The position numbers and the translations under genes are program-made. A DNA stretch of 64,000 nucleotides from Candidatus Bathyarchaeota archaeon (GTDB taxonomy: Archaea; Thermoproteota; Bathyarchaeia; Bathyarchaeales; DTEX01): contig CAVQNT010000006.1 of assembly GCA_963714275.1 (NCBI GenBank), positions 192,001 to 256,000 on the forward strand. Reading direction: 5' to 3'. The notes beneath the pieces are model-generated. The model ran no database searches. It had not been told where the DNA came from and worked only from the letters and a program-made list of their open reading frames with translations. Positions 61,661 through 64,000 of this stretch are shown here, piece by piece. The first letter of the stretch is position 1. Each line of letters begins with the position of its first letter.

Positions 61661-63146
61661 ATGAAATTGAAGGTGCGTTACATGGAGGCTGAAAACACCA
61701 AAAAAGCGATCGAAATCCTAAAGAAAAACAAAGTACGTTGGATACATTCCACATTCGTTGACATCAGAGGCCTAATGCAAGACATGGTCATACCAGCAAG
61801 AGACTATACTGAAGGAAATGCCTTCACCGCAGGTATAGGCTTCGACGGTTCATCAGTCAGAGGATTCAAATCAATCGAGGAATCAGACATGATCCTCATG
61901 CCTGACCCGGAAACACTGGCAATAATTCCTTGGACTACTGAAGAGAACCAGAAAAGCGCCATCGTATTAGGCGACGCATATGAAGCTTATGGCGGTAAAG
62001 AACCTTCCGAAGTATGCCCAAGAGGATATGTGGCTAAAAGAGCAGTGAAAGCAGCGGAAGAAGCGGGATACACGGGATTCTTTGCACCAGAACTTGAATA
62101 TTTTATTTTCTCTTCGATAGATCCGACGAAACTAACATGGGATCTTTGGGTAAGCCCAAAAGGAGGCGAAGGAGATTCGTGGGGAGCGCCCAGAGTCGTG
62201 CCACAATCACCAGAAATTACCCCTGGAAATTTCATCTTGAGACCTAAAGAAGCCTATTATAGGCCACCACCAGAAGACACGACAATCGAGTACCGAAACG
62301 AGGTAGCCTCAATACTCGAGGATTACTTTGGCTTCACCATTGAGAAACACCACCATGAAGTAGCTACTGCTGGCCAACTTGAAATCGACTTCCGCTTCGG
62401 TGAACTCATAAATACCGCTGACAAGACTCTCTTCTACAAGTTTGTAGCCAAAAATATTGCCAAGAAACGTGGGATGATAGCAACATTTATGCCAAAGCCT
62501 GTCTACCTGGATAATGCCAGCGGAATGCATGTTCACATCTCACTTTGGCATGACAAGAAGAACGTCATGTACGACCGAAACGACGAATACGCTGAGCTCA
62601 GCCAAACTGGAAGATACTTCATCGGAGGATTATTGGAACACGCTAAAGCTTTGACAGCTGTATGCTGTCCAACAGTAAGCTCGTACAAGCGATTGGTTCC
62701 TGGTTTTGAAGCCCCAATCTACATTATGTGGTCTCGCAGTAACAGGTCTGCTTTAGTAAGGATACCGTTGTACTATAAAGGACCGGAAGTATGCATCTCA
62801 CAAGCGTGTGGAATACCGAGGAGTTGACCCATCATGCAATTCATACCTTGCCTTCTCTTCCCTGCTGATGGCTGGGCTCGATGGCGTAAAAAAGAAGTTA
62901 GACCCAGGCGATCCCATCGACGAGGATGTCTACAAGTTGACTCCTGAACGTCGGAGAGCACTTGGCATTAAAGAACTTCCGACAACCTTGCGAGATGCTC
63001 TTGATGAAATGAAGAGCGACGAGATTATTCACTCGACTCTTGGAAGCCACATATTCGACGCCTTCATCGAATACAAGACGAACGATTGGAACCAGTATTG
63101 CCTTTATGTGACGCCTTGGGAAATAATGAAGTATCTTGACTATTAA
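61661..63146 (+). CDS. glnA: Glutamine synthetase type I (frameshifted)
   Basis: FDGSSV, PELEYF, HHEVATAGQ, ATFMPKP, SGMHVH, SYKRLVPGFEAP, NRS, EYR..DPSCN. Confidence 0.97.
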
Positions 63147-63185
63147 ATTTGGAGGAAAAAAAAGAAAAAAGGAAATGGTGAAAAA

Positions 63186-63422
63186 ATGAGAGCCTACATA
63201 TTCCTGGAAACGAAACCTGCAACATCGCTGCAAGTCATCGAGAGAATAAAGAAAAAAGTCAAAGAAGTTGTTCAAGCGGACGCCATTTACGGGAGATACG
63301 ACGCGGTTATCGTCATAGAAGTACCAAACCTCGAAAGCATCAACGAGATCCTGTACAGAGTCATCGAAAAAGACCCCAACATAATACACACGGAAACATC
63401 CTTGGTGCTTAGCAGTCTCTAG
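63186..63422 (+). CDS. Stand-alone Lrp/AsnC ligand-binding (RAM) domain protein
   Basis: RAYIFLETKP...IYGRYDAV...HTETSLV. Confidence 0.85.
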   Translation: MRAYIFLETKPATSLQVIERIKKKVKEVVQADAIYGRYDAVIVIEVPNLESINEILYRVIEKDPNIIHTETSLVLSSL

Positions 63423-63456
63423 ACTTAGAAAAGGTCTATGCCCGGAGGAAAGCAGA

Positions 63457-63741
63457 GTGTCTTCGACAAAAGATTTACGCCAGAAAGTTCTCAGAGCATT
63501 CGTAATGGTTACTGTGAAACCTGGAACATCAGAGGAGATTGTGGGATCGAGAAAAATTAAAGGCGTCAAAATGGCCAATTCAGTTATGGGAAGGTTTGAC
63601 GCTGTGGTCGTTGTTGAAGCGGGAAGCCTTGACGAACTGAACCGAATCATCTACGAGATGGTGGAACAGCACACGAACGTCATTCACACTGAAACCATGA
63701 TCTCAATCTTTCATCCTTCTCCATCTGGTTCATCACAGTAA
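63457..63741 (+). CDS. Stand-alone Lrp/AsnC ligand-binding (RAM) domain protein
   Basis: RAFVMVTVKPG...VMGRFDAV...HTETMIS. Confidence 0.85.
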   Translation: MSSTKDLRQKVLRAFVMVTVKPGTSEEIVGSRKIKGVKMANSVMGRFDAVVVVEAGSLDELNRIIYEMVEQHTNVIHTETMISIFHPSPSGSSQ

Positions 63742-63798
63742 CCTGCCTTCTTTTTTTGAAAGCAGACTTCACTGACACAATTGAGTAGTGAACATGAC

Positions 63799-64000
63799 TT
63801 GAATTCTAAAGAATTCGGATTCCGCATTCTTCCCTTAGACACGGACCCCATAATCGACGATACTACATTAAGGGACGGCGTTCAAATGCCGGGATTAGCG
63901 GTTACTCCGAAGGATGCTGCTGAGATTGCCCGTCTCTTGGACGAAGTTGGCGTGGAAAGAATTGAGGTTCACCATTACCAAAAAACGGACAAACAGGCAG
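63799..64000 (+). CDS. DRE-TIM metallolyase (homocitrate/isopropylmalate synthase family), truncated by window end
   Basis: [15 protein letters not shown]...[11 protein letters not shown]. Confidence 0.85.
   Translation, partial: MNSKEFGFRILPLDTDPIIDDTTLRDGVQMPGLAVTPKDAAEIARLLDEVGVERIEVHHYQKTDKQA

Noticed and set aside
62898-63650. 250-aa antisense ORF and other long antisense ORFs over known genes
   Set aside because: They shadow well-supported genes on the opposite strand and have no recognisable motifs.

Overview
Archaeal chromosomal window, most consistent with a TACK lineage such as Bathyarchaeia. This is an inference from the unsplit rpoB, an apparently unsplit rpoA'/A'', archaeal-type SAM synthetase, geranylgeranyl reductase, L30e/NusA/S12 and tRNA-Asp. 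Many genes, including essential ones, carry single-base frameshifts, often at short homopolymers. These look like long-read errors, so I joined the fragments. Bases 1 to about 7,300 are an AT-rich accessory island. It holds virus-like tightly packed small ORFs, among them an unannotated two-helix hydrophobic protein resembling a spindle-virus capsid protein. It also holds a 1.1-kb non-coding stretch with iteron-like and micro-tandem repeats, a three-gene TIGR04255/small protein/PemK-MazF-like module, and a 3' remnant of a solo (casposon-type) cas1. The remainder is mainly housekeeping and metabolic: NAD(P)HX repair, an intramembrane protease, sugar-processing enzymes, hydrogenase maturation (protease, hypF, hypC, hypD), a fused E1 alpha-beta dehydrogenase, the RNA polymerase cluster, and a nitrogen cluster (nadE, APC permease, regulators, glnA, stand-alone RAM domains). 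Two small genes missed by the ORF track stand out: a 41-aa Cren7-like zinc-ribbon protein and a 44-aa acidic DW-repeat peptide between hypC and hypD. All family assignments come from motif recognition by eye. No searches were run.
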